A stretch of DNA of 63,860 nt, filler included. It is 4 parts of 4 records of this genome, joined end to end, with 100 filler letters (N's around TTAATTAATTAA, not from the genome) between each part and the next. Parts side by side here need not be neighbours in the genome. Positions count along the whole stretch, not along the records: positions 1 to 25,418 come from SRR2962707_2590; positions 25,519 to 51,468 come from SRR2962707_2593; 2 more parts are not named here. One strand, given 5' to 3'. Under the pieces are notes generated by a model that was given only the letters and a program-made list of their open reading frames with translations, was not told where the DNA came from and did no database searches. Within the stretch, counting starts at the first letter, position 1. Each line of letters starts with the position of its first letter. Below are positions 20,505 to 29,558 of the stretch, piece after piece. Both the position numbers and the translations under genes were made by a program.

Positions 20505-20537
20505 CATTTGACAATAGACAATGACTTTTGTCAAATG
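20505..20537. promoter_or_regulatory. Putative SorC-family operator between the regulator and the aldolase/SDR gene
   Basis: Inverted repeat CATTTGACAA-N13-TTGTCAAATG. It contains TGACTTTTGTCA, the exact reverse complement of 17025-17036. Confidence 0.7.
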
Positions 20538-20566
20538 AAGCAAGTTCACATGGGCAGGAGACGGTA

Positions 20567-22639
20567 ATGCGGCAAAACAGATGGAATGACAAGGAAGCCC
20601 AGGCGCGGGTTGATGCGGCGGGCTCTGATCCTGCAGACCAGACGCTGGCTTTGAGGGTCTACTCGTCCCGCATTATCGGCTCCGATCCGGACCTTGTCAT
20701 GCATGGCGGCGGCAATACCTCGGTCAAGACCCAGCGCAAGGATCTGTTTGGCGTCATGCAGAAAGTGCTGCACGTCAAGGGTAGCGGATGGGACCTCGAT
20801 ACGCTGGAAGCCCCGGGCCTGCCCGGCGTCCGGCTCGCGCCTCTGCTCGAGATGCGCAAGCTCGATGCCCTGTCCGACGAGGACATGGTCAACATGCAGC
20901 GTTCCAACCTGCTCGATTCGAGCGCGCCCAACCCGTCGGTTGAAACCTTGCTGCACGCTTTCCTGCCGCACACTTTTGTCGATCATACTCACGCGACGGC
21001 GTTTCTGGCGCTGGCAAACCTGCCGAATGCCGAAGCCGCGATCCGCGAGATCTTCGGTGACCGGTTGGCGGTTGTCCCCTATATCATGCCCGGTTTTGCA
21101 TTGGCGAAGAAGGCAGCCGAGGTGTTTGACGCAAACCCTGATTGCGAAGGTCTGATCCTGCTCAAGCACGGCCATTTCACTTTCGGTGACACTGCGCGGG
21201 AAAGTTATGACAAGGTCATCGAGCACACCAACATGGTCGAGGACTGGTTGGAGGCACGTGAGAATGGCCGCAAGTTTGATCTCACCGTAAACCGGAACCG
21301 CTCGCTGCCCGATTCCGATCTGGCAGCTTCCGTCCTGCCGGTTCTGCGCGGCGCCATTGGGCGTTTGCGCGGTGAGCATCACAAGGCTGCGCCGCGGCCT
21401 GTGGTGATGGACGTCAGGGTCGGCGAGGTAATTGACGCCTTTCTGAACCGCGCCGATCTGGAAGAGCTTTCGCAACGCGGCGTCGCTTCACCTGATCATG
21501 TCATCCGTACCAAGGGCCGCATGCTGGTTCTCGGCAAGGATGATCTCGCCAAGGGACGCGCCGGGATCGAAGCCAAGATCACGGAATTCGCCCAGGCCTA
21601 CCGCGCCATGTTCGACGCCCAGTTCAAGCGCGTAGGCGGCGGCAAGACCATGCTTGAGCCGCACCCTTGCGTGGCCTGGGTTGAAGGTCTCGGCATCATC
21701 GGCATCGGCAAGGATGCCTCTGCCGCTTCTGCAGCCGCGGATATCGCCGAGCAGACTGTCGAGGTGATGACGCTTGGTGAAGCTGCCGGCGGTTTTCATC
21801 CGATCGGCCCCGATGATCTGTTCGACTTGGAATACTGGTCGCTGGAACAGGCCAAGCTGGCCAAGGCTGCAGCCAAGCCCTTTACAGGACAGGTTGTCGC
21901 GGTGACCGGCGGCGCCGGCGCCATCGGGCTTGCCACTGCGAAGGCGTTTGCGCGTGAGGGCGCTGCGGTGGCGCTGATCGATTTCAATCCTGAAGCCTGC
22001 AAGGCCGCTGCCGCCTCGATCGGTCCAAACTGCCTCGCAGTGGTGGCCGATCTAACCGCAAAGGGTTCCGCCGACAAGGCGGTGGCCGAAATCGTCGACC
22101 GCTTCGGCGGGCTCGACGTGCTCGTCTCCAATGCAGGCGCTGCCATTCAGGGCATGCTGCTCGATCTCGACGAGGAGACGCTGCGCTCAAGCTTTGAGCT
22201 TAATTTCTTCTCGCATCTGGCTATGGCGCGGGCTGCGGCACAGGTGTTTGCGGCGCAGGACCATGGCGGGCAAATGCTGTTCAATGTGTCAAAGCAGGCG
22301 GTCAATCCCGGTAAGGGGTTCGGTGCGTACGGGCTTCCCAAGGCCACAACGTTCTTCCTCGTCAGGCAGCTGGCGCTTGAGCTCGGCGCTTCCGGTGTCC
22401 GGGTCAATGGCGTCAATGCCGACCGCATCCGCTCTGGCCTGCTGACCGATGACTTCATCAAGTCGCGTGCCGAGGCGAGGGGCGTTTCCGCATCCGACTA
22501 CATGGCGGGCAACCTGCTCAAGGCCGAGGTCGAAGCGCACCATGTTGCTGACGCTTTCATGGCGCTCGCCAGGTCAGAGCGGACAACAGCCCATGTGATC
22601 ACCGTGGACGGCGGCAACATCGAGGCAGCCCTACGTTAG
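20567..22639 (+). CDS. Bifunctional class II aldolase / short-chain dehydrogenase (rhamnulose-1-P aldolase/SDR-like fusion)
   Basis: HGGGNTSVK, PSVETLLHA..DHTHA and KHGHFTFG (class II aldolase); C-terminal TGGAGAIG, VSNAG and YGLPK (SDR). Confidence 0.92.
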   Translation: MRQNRWNDKEAQARVDAAGSDPADQTLALRVYSSRIIGSDPDLVMHGGGNTSVKTQRKDLFGVMQKVLHVKGSGWDLDTLEAPGLPGVRLAPLLEMRKLDALSDEDMVNMQRSNLLDSSAPNPSVETLLHAFLPHTFVDHTHATAFLALANLPNAEAAIREIFGDRLAVVPYIMPGFALAKKAAEVFDANPDCEGLILLKHGHFTFGDTARESYDKVIEHTNMVEDWLEARENGRKFDLTVNRNRSLPDSDLAASVLPVLRGAIGRLRGEHHKAAPRPVVMDVRVGEVIDAFLNRADLEELSQRGVASPDHVIRTKGRMLVLGKDDLAKGRAGIEAKITEFAQAYRAMFDAQFKRVGGGKTMLEPHPCVAWVEGLGIIGIGKDASAASAAADIAEQTVEVMTLGEAAGGFHPIGPDDLFDLEYWSLEQAKLAKAAAKPFTGQVVAVTGGAGAIGLATAKAFAREGAAVALIDFNPEACKAAAASIGPNCLAVVADLTAKGSADKAVAEIVDRFGGLDVLVSNAGAAIQGMLLDLDEETLRSSFELNFFSHLAMARAAAQVFAAQDHGGQMLFNVSKQAVNPGKGFGAYGLPKATTFFLVRQLALELGASGVRVNGVNADRIRSGLLTDDFIKSRAEARGVSASDYMAGNLLKAEVEAHHVADAFMALARSERTTAHVITVDGGNIEAALR

Positions 22640-22941
22640 GCGTTGATCGCACTCCGATTGATCCGGATCACCCGGAGCGCCGGCATTGCTAAAAACACGG
22701 CGCCGCGCATCGCTCGCTCCAGCGACGTCATACCGGCCCGGCGTTGATGTGGCTCGGCCATTTATCCACAGCGTTGCTTTCCGTGGCCTGCGGTTTGTCA
22801 GCTGGCTCAATGTCGCCTCCCGAATGGCGCATGTTGCCTTGAATTTATCGGGGAGGTCGGCTTCAAGTCGTAAGGGTTGGCTCACGGTTTAGGGGGCAAG
22901 GGCCGCCACTCTTTCGCGCATATCCGTTACGGTATGGGTCA

Positions 22942-22960
22942 GATATTGCATGGCAATATC
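22942..22960. promoter_or_regulatory. Inverted repeat GATATTGC-ATG-GCAATATC upstream of the formate dehydrogenase operon
   Basis: Perfect 8-bp arms about 60 bp upstream of the chaperone gene; the cognate regulator is unknown. Confidence 0.4.
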
Positions 22961-23016
22961 GAATTGCATTGCTTTGCACGCGGAAAAATGATCTTTTTGC
23001 ATAAGGGAGAAAGCAT

Positions 23017-23622
23017 GTGCTGAATCAACAAGCTCGTTCGACAGATCCAGTTGACGAAACCGATCAATCTCGGGTCAATGTCTACAGGCTTTTGGCGCGG
23101 CTTCTGCGTGAGCCGCCCGATGCGTCCCTGATTTCCATCCTGACGCAGATGACTGGTGATGAGTCGGAACTTGGGCAGGCAATCGCCGATCTGGCGAAAA
23201 CAGCAAGCGCTATGAGCCTGGCTGACGTCCGGGACGAATACAATGTCCTGTTCATTGGTTTGGGCCGGGGCATTTTTACGCCGTTCGGCTCTTATTATCT
23301 CACCGGTTTCATGCACGAAAAGCCGTTGGCCCGTTTGCGCAACGACATGCGCCCACTCAACATTGCCCGTAGCGATGACGTCAAGGATCCCGAGGATCAT
23401 GCTGCCGCGCTGATGGAAATGATGGCCGGGTTGATTGATGGCAGCTTCGGCGCTGCACAGCCTTTGTCTGTGCAGAAGACGTTCTTCGACAGTCATGTCG
23501 GCAGCTGGACGCCGCATTTTTTCAAGGATCTCGAGGCCTGTTCATCGGCCCGGTTTTTCAAACCGGTTGGCCGCATTGGACGACTGTTCATGGCGATCGA
23601 ACAGGGCGCATTCGAGATGTAG
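23017..23622 (+). CDS. TorD/DmsD-family molybdoenzyme chaperone
   Basis: EYNVLFIGLGRG..PFGSYYLTG, DPEDHAAAL and FFDSHVGSW; lies upstream of FdhA. Confidence 0.9.
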   Translation: MLNQQARSTDPVDETDQSRVNVYRLLARLLREPPDASLISILTQMTGDESELGQAIADLAKTASAMSLADVRDEYNVLFIGLGRGIFTPFGSYYLTGFMHEKPLARLRNDMRPLNIARSDDVKDPEDHAAALMEMMAGLIDGSFGAAQPLSVQKTFFDSHVGSWTPHFFKDLEACSSARFFKPVGRIGRLFMAIEQGAFEM

Positions 23623-23726
23623 TCCGCATTTGCGGTAAAGGTTGCGTAAGCGCGTAATGCAGTCCGGACAAGACGCCCGGCCAGGCTGCTGCAAAAGGTT
23701 CAAGGCGTCGAGAAGTGGAGACGAAA

Positions 23727-23924
23727 ATGAAGGCAAAGACCGAAGACGCCACGACCGACCGTCGCGGTTTTCTGAAGTTCGCCGGGCTGGGCACGATTGC
23801 CAGCGGGGCGGCTCTGGTCGCAGGCGGCGAAAGCCAGGCAGTCGAGATGGCCGAACTTCAGGGTGACGCTGGGTACAGGGAAACTGACCACATCAAGGCC
23901 TATTACGCCAGCACACGATTTTAA
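23727..23924 (+). CDS. Small twin-arginine protein of alphaproteobacterial formate dehydrogenase operons
   Basis: DRRGFLK Tat motif and C-terminal GYRETDHIKAYY. Confidence 0.85.
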   Translation: MKAKTEDATTDRRGFLKFAGLGTIASGAALVAGGESQAVEMAELQGDAGYRETDHIKAYYASTRF

Positions 23925-24005
23925 GGCTTAGAATGCCAGCACACGGTTCTGAGGAGAATCGGTGCTGATCGTCATTGCGACGGAATTTACCCAACGGAGG
24001 ATAAT

Positions 24006-25418
24006 ATGCTCAGGAAGAAGACAAATGGGGTTGCGCGAGGCCCCCGGCTGTCCTCGACGGTAGCAGAGCTCGGAGTGACGGCGATCGATCGCCGGACATT
24101 CCTCAAGCGTTCGGGTCTCACCATTGGTGGGGCTGCAGCCATTTCCACGCTTTCGGGCGGAATGGTCAAACGGGCAGAAGCTCAGACAGCCGCAGGCACC
24201 GGAAACGTCGAAACCAAGAAATCGATCTGTACGCATTGTTCGGTCGGTTGCACGGTGATTGCCGAGGTCGAAAACGGCGTTTGGACACGTCAGGCTCCTG
24301 GCTATGATTCTCCTTTCAATCTTGGCGCCCATTGCGCCAAGGGCGCATCCGTCCGCGAGCACGCGCACGGCGACCGCCGGTTGAAATATCCGATGAAGCT
24401 GGTCGGCGGAAAATGGCAGCGCGTCTCCTGGGACGATGCCATCAACGAGATCGGCGACAAGATGCTTGAGGTGCGTGAAGCCTCCGGACCGGATTCGGTC
24501 TACTGGCTCGGCTCCGCCAAGCATTCCAACGAGCAGGCTTATCTGTTCCGCAAGTTCGCGGCTTACTGGGGGACGAACAACGTCGACCACCAGGCCCGCA
24601 TTTGCCATTCGACCACGGTGTCCGGTGTTGCCAACACCTGGGGCTATGGCGCGATGACCAACTCCTACAACGACATCCACAAGGCCAAGTCGATGATCCT
24701 GATCGGATCGAACCCGGCCGAGGCGCATCCGGTGTCGCTGTTGCATCTTCTCAAGACCAAGGAAGAAAACAACGCGCCGATGATCGTTTGCGATCCGCGC
24801 TTTACCCGCACGGCGGCGCACGCCGATGAGTTCGTGCGGTTCCGGCCCGGATCCGACGTGGCCCTGATCTGGGGCATTCTCTACCACATTTTCGAGAATG
24901 GCTGGGAAGACAAGGAATACATCCGGACCCGCGTCTGGGGCATGGATCAGATCCGTGATGAAGTGAAGAAATGGAACCCGGCGGAAGTCGAACGGGTGAC
25001 CGGCGTTCCGGGCACACAGCTGGAGCGGGTAGCCCGCACGCTGGCTGACAACCGTCCCGGCACCCTGATTTGGTGCATGGGTGGCACGCAGCACTCCAAC
25101 GGCTCGTCCAATACCCGCGCTTATTCGATCCTGCAGCTGGCGCTGGGCAACATCGGCAAGAGCGGCGGCGGCGCCAACATTTTCCGCGGCCATGACAACG
25201 TGCAGGGCGCAACCGATCTGGGCGTGCTCGCAGATACGCTGCCGGGCTATTTCGGCCTGACGGCAGGAGCTTATGCACACTGGGCGCGCGTCTGGGGTGA
25301 AGATCTTGACTGGCTCAAGGGCCGTTTTGCCACCATGAAAGGCAAGGACGGAAAGAACAAGGCGATGATGAACGAGACCGGTATCCCGGTATCGCGCTGG
25401 ATCGACGGTGTTCTGGAA
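24006..25418 (+). CDS. fdhA: Tat-exported formate dehydrogenase alpha subunit (Cys type), truncated by the contig end
   Basis: DRRTFLK Tat signal, CTHCSVGC...HCAKG [4Fe-4S] motif, active-site DHQARICHS and RGHDNVQGATD. Confidence 0.93.
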
Positions 25419-25518
25419 NNNNNNNNNNNNNNNNNNNNNNNNNNNNNNNNNNNNNNNNNNNNTTAATTAATTAANNNNNNNNNNNNNNNNNNNNNNNNNN
25501 NNNNNNNNNNNNNNNNNN
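25419..25518. other. Artificial contig linker (N44-TTAATTAATTAA-N44)
   Basis: N runs flank a six-frame stop sequence; the genes on both sides are truncated. Confidence 0.99.
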
Positions 25519-26095
25519 CCTGCATGGCACGACGAATTTCTTCGTCCCGGCCAATGATCGGATCAATCTTACCTTCCTCGGCGTCTTGTGTCAGATCATG
25601 CGCGTATTTTTTCAACGCGTCATAGCTGTCTTCTGCGCTGGCGTTATCCGCTTTGCGACCTTTGCGAATATCGTTGATCGCTGCATTCAACGCCTGAGCG
25701 TTCACACCACCTGCGTCCAAAGCTTCTTTTGCGGGGGATTTGACCATGGCCAATGCCATCAGAATCCGCTCCACCGTGACAAAGCTGTCACCTGCCTTCT
25801 TAGAAACTTTTTCCGCCTCGGCTAAAACCTTGGCCGTGCTGTTGTCGAGATAGGTTTGCCCCGAATCCCCAGCGACCTTAGGTATTTTGGCGATTTTCCC
25901 ATCAAGGGCCTGAACAACGCGCTTGGCTTCACCACCCGACCTATTGATCAGATTGCTGGCCAATCCTTCTTCATCATCCATAAGTGCTTTTAACACATGC
26001 TCTGGGCTTAACCGTTGATGGTCTTCCCGCATGGCAATGGTTTGCGCGGCTTGAATAAAACCACGGGACCGTTCCGTGAACTTCTCTAAGTTCAT
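25519..26095 (-). CDS. clpB: ATP-dependent chaperone ClpB, 5' part only
   Basis: MNLEKFTERSRGFIQAAQ...GDSFVTVE...GKIDPIIGRDEEIRR. Confidence 0.96.
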
Positions 26096-26177
26096 GGTTT
26101 TCTCCTTCTATAAAGCGCCCCTTCATTGGTAGATGCGCCCGCTTTGCGGCACGCCCCTATTGTGGGCCTCGTAAAGA

Positions 26178-26206
26178 AAATGGCGATGACCAGTGTTCAG
26201 TTCAAG
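26178..26206 (-). promoter_or_regulatory. Candidate sigma32 (RpoH) promoter of clpB
   Basis: The minus strand reads CTTGAA-N17-CCATTT upstream of a heat-shock gene. Confidence 0.45.
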
Positions 26207-26393
26207 AGGTCAGGGCAAGAGAATCTTGTCAAAAAGGCTTTCTTTTTCCGTCGCCGTCTCTCAGAGGAACCGTTTAAAAAGATGTATATTCTTCACAAGT
26301 TAAGCCAACTTCAAACCCATATAGTCATCGCCTCTTTCCCAGTTCATGATGACTTAAAGCTTTGTGTGCAGACATCAGAAAAAGGGGGCCGAG

Positions 26394-26648
26394 ATGTTCA
26401 TAAATTCAATTGAGATTCGAGAGTTGGGCGCGTTGACGCCCTCTTATGGAATGGTGCGTGGCCTTGTGGCCTTCATGACCGATACAGCCACCATTCATGT
26501 CACCTGCCAAGCCCCCGCATTGGCCTATCGCACAGCCTGGGCCTTGCGGCGCAGGCTGGTCAAAGATGCCCTGCGGCAACTGCGTCGCATGCCGGAATTT
26601 CGATCTGGCCGGGCAGAAATTCGATTTTCACCAAGCCTAGAGATTTGA
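26394..26648 (+). CDS. Small hypothetical protein upstream of pyrF
   Basis: 84-aa ORF preceded by GGGGG; contains LVKDALRQLRRMPEFRSG; same orientation as pyrF. Confidence 0.65.
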   Translation: MFINSIEIRELGALTPSYGMVRGLVAFMTDTATIHVTCQAPALAYRTAWALRRRLVKDALRQLRRMPEFRSGRAEIRFSPSLEI

Positions 26649-26716
26649 ACCGGGCTTGACCCTTTTGTCACAAGCCGCAACAAGGGCCCGACATTCCACA
26701 AAACCGAGGGCCCACC

Positions 26717-27418
26717 ATGTCTGATGACCGTCTGATCCTTGCACTCGACGTGCCAAACGCCATTGCAGCAATGCATTTGGCCGAAACTCTTGGTGATGCC
26801 GTGTCCTTTTACAAAATTGGTCTGGGCATGCTGACCGGCGGTGGTTTGGCCGTTGCCAATGAGCTGAAGCAAGAACACGGCAAGCGTATCTTTCTGGACA
26901 TGAAGCTGTTTGACATCGGCGCGACTGTCGAAGCCGCGGTTCGCGGACTGGCTCAATTTGATCTGGATTTCCTGACGGTACATGGCGACCCCCATGTGGT
27001 TCGCGCCGCCAAAGAAGGCGCGTCTGGCAAGGACCTGAAAATTCTGGCTGTTACGATTTTGACGTCGCTGGACCGGCGGGATCTTGATGACGGCATGATC
27101 AAGGAAGGTGACATACCTGACTTGGTCGCGGAACGCGCAGGTCGTGCATTTGAAGCCGGCGCCGATGGCGTTATCGCGTCCCCGAATGAGGCGGCACTGA
27201 TCCGCGCCTTGCCCGAATCCAAAGGCCGATTGATTGTCACCCCGGGCGTGCGCCCGGTAGGCGCTGCTGCTGGGGATCAGAAACGCATTGCAACACCCGC
27301 TCAGGCAATCGCAAACGGCGCCGATCATGTCGTGGTTGGCCGCCCAATTTGGAAAGCCGCTGACCCGAGGAAGGCCGCCCAAGACATTCTGGCTGAACTG
27401 TCCGGCGTTCGGACCTAA
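26717..27418 (+). CDS. pyrF: Orotidine-5'-phosphate decarboxylase
   Basis: LILALD, FLDMKLFDIGATV, VTPGVRP, GDQKRIATP and VVGRPI. Confidence 0.97.
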   Translation: MSDDRLILALDVPNAIAAMHLAETLGDAVSFYKIGLGMLTGGGLAVANELKQEHGKRIFLDMKLFDIGATVEAAVRGLAQFDLDFLTVHGDPHVVRAAKEGASGKDLKILAVTILTSLDRRDLDDGMIKEGDIPDLVAERAGRAFEAGADGVIASPNEAALIRALPESKGRLIVTPGVRPVGAAAGDQKRIATPAQAIANGADHVVVGRPIWKAADPRKAAQDILAELSGVRT

Positions 27419-27433
27419 GCCCCGGTCTTGTGA

Positions 27434-27856
27434 TCAACTCGCGGAATGGCCACGGGCCTTGAGATAAGTGCTTAACTGAAGCTGAAAATGCGGGATCGCG
27501 TCTTGGTGCTTGAGATATTGCTCAGGCGCCATCAACTCCCAACATTGCCCTTCCTTGCCAAAAACGACGTCATTTTCCGCCACTTCAGGCAAATGAGCGG
27601 CGAAAAACCAACTTATCTTATTTGGCCGTTTTTGAGAGTTCTTCCAGATCAAATCTTCTTCGATCAAACGCAGTCCAACTTCTTCAAAGGTCTCTCGCAA
27701 CGCACAAGCCTCTGGAGTCTCGTCTCCATCGCGGCCCCCCCCTGGAAAGTCCAAATAATTTGGCCAGGGGATTGTCTCGATGTTGTCACGCCGGATTACC
27801 AAAACTTTCTGGCCGATAAACAAAATAAGTTTCGCGCCGGCAAAAGCGTCTGTCAT
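27434..27856 (-). CDS. NUDIX hydrolase
   Basis: Nudix box PGGGRDGDETPEACALRETFEEVG. Confidence 0.9.
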   Translation of the reverse strand: MTDAFAGAKLILFIGQKVLVIRRDNIETIPWPNYLDFPGGGRDGDETPEACALRETFEEVGLRLIEEDLIWKNSQKRPNKISWFFAAHLPEVAENDVVFGKEGQCWELMAPEQYLKHQDAIPHFQLQLSTYLKARGHSAS

Positions 27857-27923
27857 GATCTATAGCCTCGGGCGCGTGACGCCCTTATGATCCGGGGCAA
27901 CGCGCAATTTATGGTTTATAATA

Positions 27924-29177
27924 ATGCCCTCTCTATGTCGCGATTGTTTAACGGAGTTTCAAGATCGACCGCGCTGTCCGGTGTGCCGCAGCCCTCGAAT
28001 TGTTACCCACGACGAACTTTGGTCGCTTTCTATAGCACATATGGATTGCGACGCATTTTATGCCAGCGTGGAAAAACGCGACAACCCAGAATTGGCGGAC
28101 AAACCGGTCATCATTGGCGGTGGACGACGTGGTGTCGTCTCAACCGCATGTTATGTCGCCCGAATTCGCGGAGTCCGTTCCGCGATGCCTATGTTCCAGG
28201 CACTGAAACTCTGCCCCGATGCTGTCATCATAAAACCTCGGATGGCCGCCTATGTCGAAGCATCACGGGCGATCAAAGCGATGATGCAAGAACTGACACC
28301 TGCCATCGAACCATTATCCTTGGACGAAGCTTTTCTGGATCTGCGCGGCACCCAACGTCTGCACGGTCATCCCCCCGCCGTCATGTTAGCGCGCCTTGTC
28401 AAACGGATGCGGGATGAATTGGGGCTGACCGGTTCGATTGGATTAAGTCACAACAAATTCCTCGCAAAAATTGCGTCTGATCTCGATAAACCCAGGGGGT
28501 TCGCGGTTATCGGAAAAGCCGAAACGCAAAATTTTTTACGTCCCAAGTCCGTGCGTTTGATTTGGGGCGTTGGGAACGCCGCACAAGATTCATTGGAAAA
28601 AGCCGGAATCCGCACTTTCGAAGACCTTTGGCGCTGGGACCGGCGCGATCTATCTGCTCGTTTCGGGGGCATGGGCGAAAGGTTATGGTATCTTGCGCGC
28701 GGCGAGGACAAACGCCGGGTGTCGGCCAACGCCCCGATGAAATCGATCACCAATGAAACTACGTTTTTCGAAGACACAGGAGATGCCGACATTCTGGATG
28801 GGCATCTTTGGCGGATGTGCGAAAAAGTTTCCGACCGTGCAAAGGCCAAGGGATTGGCAGGCCGCGTTGTGACGTTGAAGCTCAAACGTGCGGACCATTC
28901 ACTGATCACCCGGCGGATCGCGCTGCGGGATTCAACCCAATTGGCCGACAGAATCTACCGGACGGCGCGCGCCCTGTTTGATCAGGTCGGCAATAAAGGG
29001 CCATACCGGCTTTTGGGCGCAGGCATTTCTGACCTGTGTTCCGCAGAAGACGCCGACCGAGCCCCCGATCTTTTGGACCCGGACGCGGCGAAACGCAGTG
29101 GAGCGGAGCGGGCTGCTGATTCCATCCGGGAAAAATTCGGACCCGATGCGATCCTGAAGGGGCGCGCTTTGCGCTAA
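27924..29177 (+). CDS. dinB: DNA polymerase IV
   Basis: HMDCDAFYASVE, SLDEAFLD and NKFLAKIASD; N-terminal CxxC...CxxC. Confidence 0.96.
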   Translation: MPSLCRDCLTEFQDRPRCPVCRSPRIVTHDELWSLSIAHMDCDAFYASVEKRDNPELADKPVIIGGGRRGVVSTACYVARIRGVRSAMPMFQALKLCPDAVIIKPRMAAYVEASRAIKAMMQELTPAIEPLSLDEAFLDLRGTQRLHGHPPAVMLARLVKRMRDELGLTGSIGLSHNKFLAKIASDLDKPRGFAVIGKAETQNFLRPKSVRLIWGVGNAAQDSLEKAGIRTFEDLWRWDRRDLSARFGGMGERLWYLARGEDKRRVSANAPMKSITNETTFFEDTGDADILDGHLWRMCEKVSDRAKAKGLAGRVVTLKLKRADHSLITRRIALRDSTQLADRIYRTARALFDQVGNKGPYRLLGAGISDLCSAEDADRAPDLLDPDAAKRSGAERAADSIREKFGPDAILKGRALR

Positions 29178-29495
29178 CTAAATCAGGTCGCCTTCTTCAT
29201 CTGCGGCTGACACGCCCAGCGCATCCAACCCATTTTCCAAGTGGTCCGACACATGCGGAGACCCCATAAGGTAATCAATTGTTGGTGTTGTTGCCTCTTG
29301 CTTGGCTGTGGCAAAGGCCTCGTCCCAATCGCTGGCATCAAAACTGTCGCGCCCGATCCACATGATCGCCACCAATGCGGCCAATTCATCTTCATTCAAC
29401 CGGTCTACAAAAGCACGTAACTCTGGTTCTGCCCGATCAAGTTCTCGGGACATCAAGATCACTTGGGCGACCTTTCTTGGGCTGATATGTTGCAT
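29178..29495 (-). CDS. DUF3775-like protein
   Basis: LNEDELAALVAIMWIGRD...YLMGSP..DHLENGL motif. Confidence 0.8.
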   Translation of the reverse strand: MQHISPRKVAQVILMSRELDRAEPELRAFVDRLNEDELAALVAIMWIGRDSFDASDWDEAFATAKQEATTPTIDYLMGSPHVSDHLENGLDALGVSAADEEGDLI

Positions 29496-29558
29496 GTCGC
29501 GTCTCCTTCTTTTCCTGCGACAAACAATGCGCCGATCCAGGAAGGAGCGTCTTTGATC

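Noticed and set aside
9705-20566. SAM riboswitch upstream of the methionine-salvage-like genes
   Set aside because: I found no recognisable SAM-II/SAM-alpha pattern by eye in the intergenic regions; an Infernal scan would be needed to exclude one.
22762-22770. Perfect DnaA box TTATCCACA
   Set aside because: Single copy with no AT-rich unwinding region or replication genes nearby; likely chance.
22951-22968. sigma54 promoter TGGCA...TTGCA upstream of the fdh chaperone
   Set aside because: The GG to GC spacing is 12 nt rather than the required 10.
27924-28000. Zinc-ribbon-like N-terminal extension on DinB
   Set aside because: A common feature of alphaproteobacterial DinB proteins; not novel.
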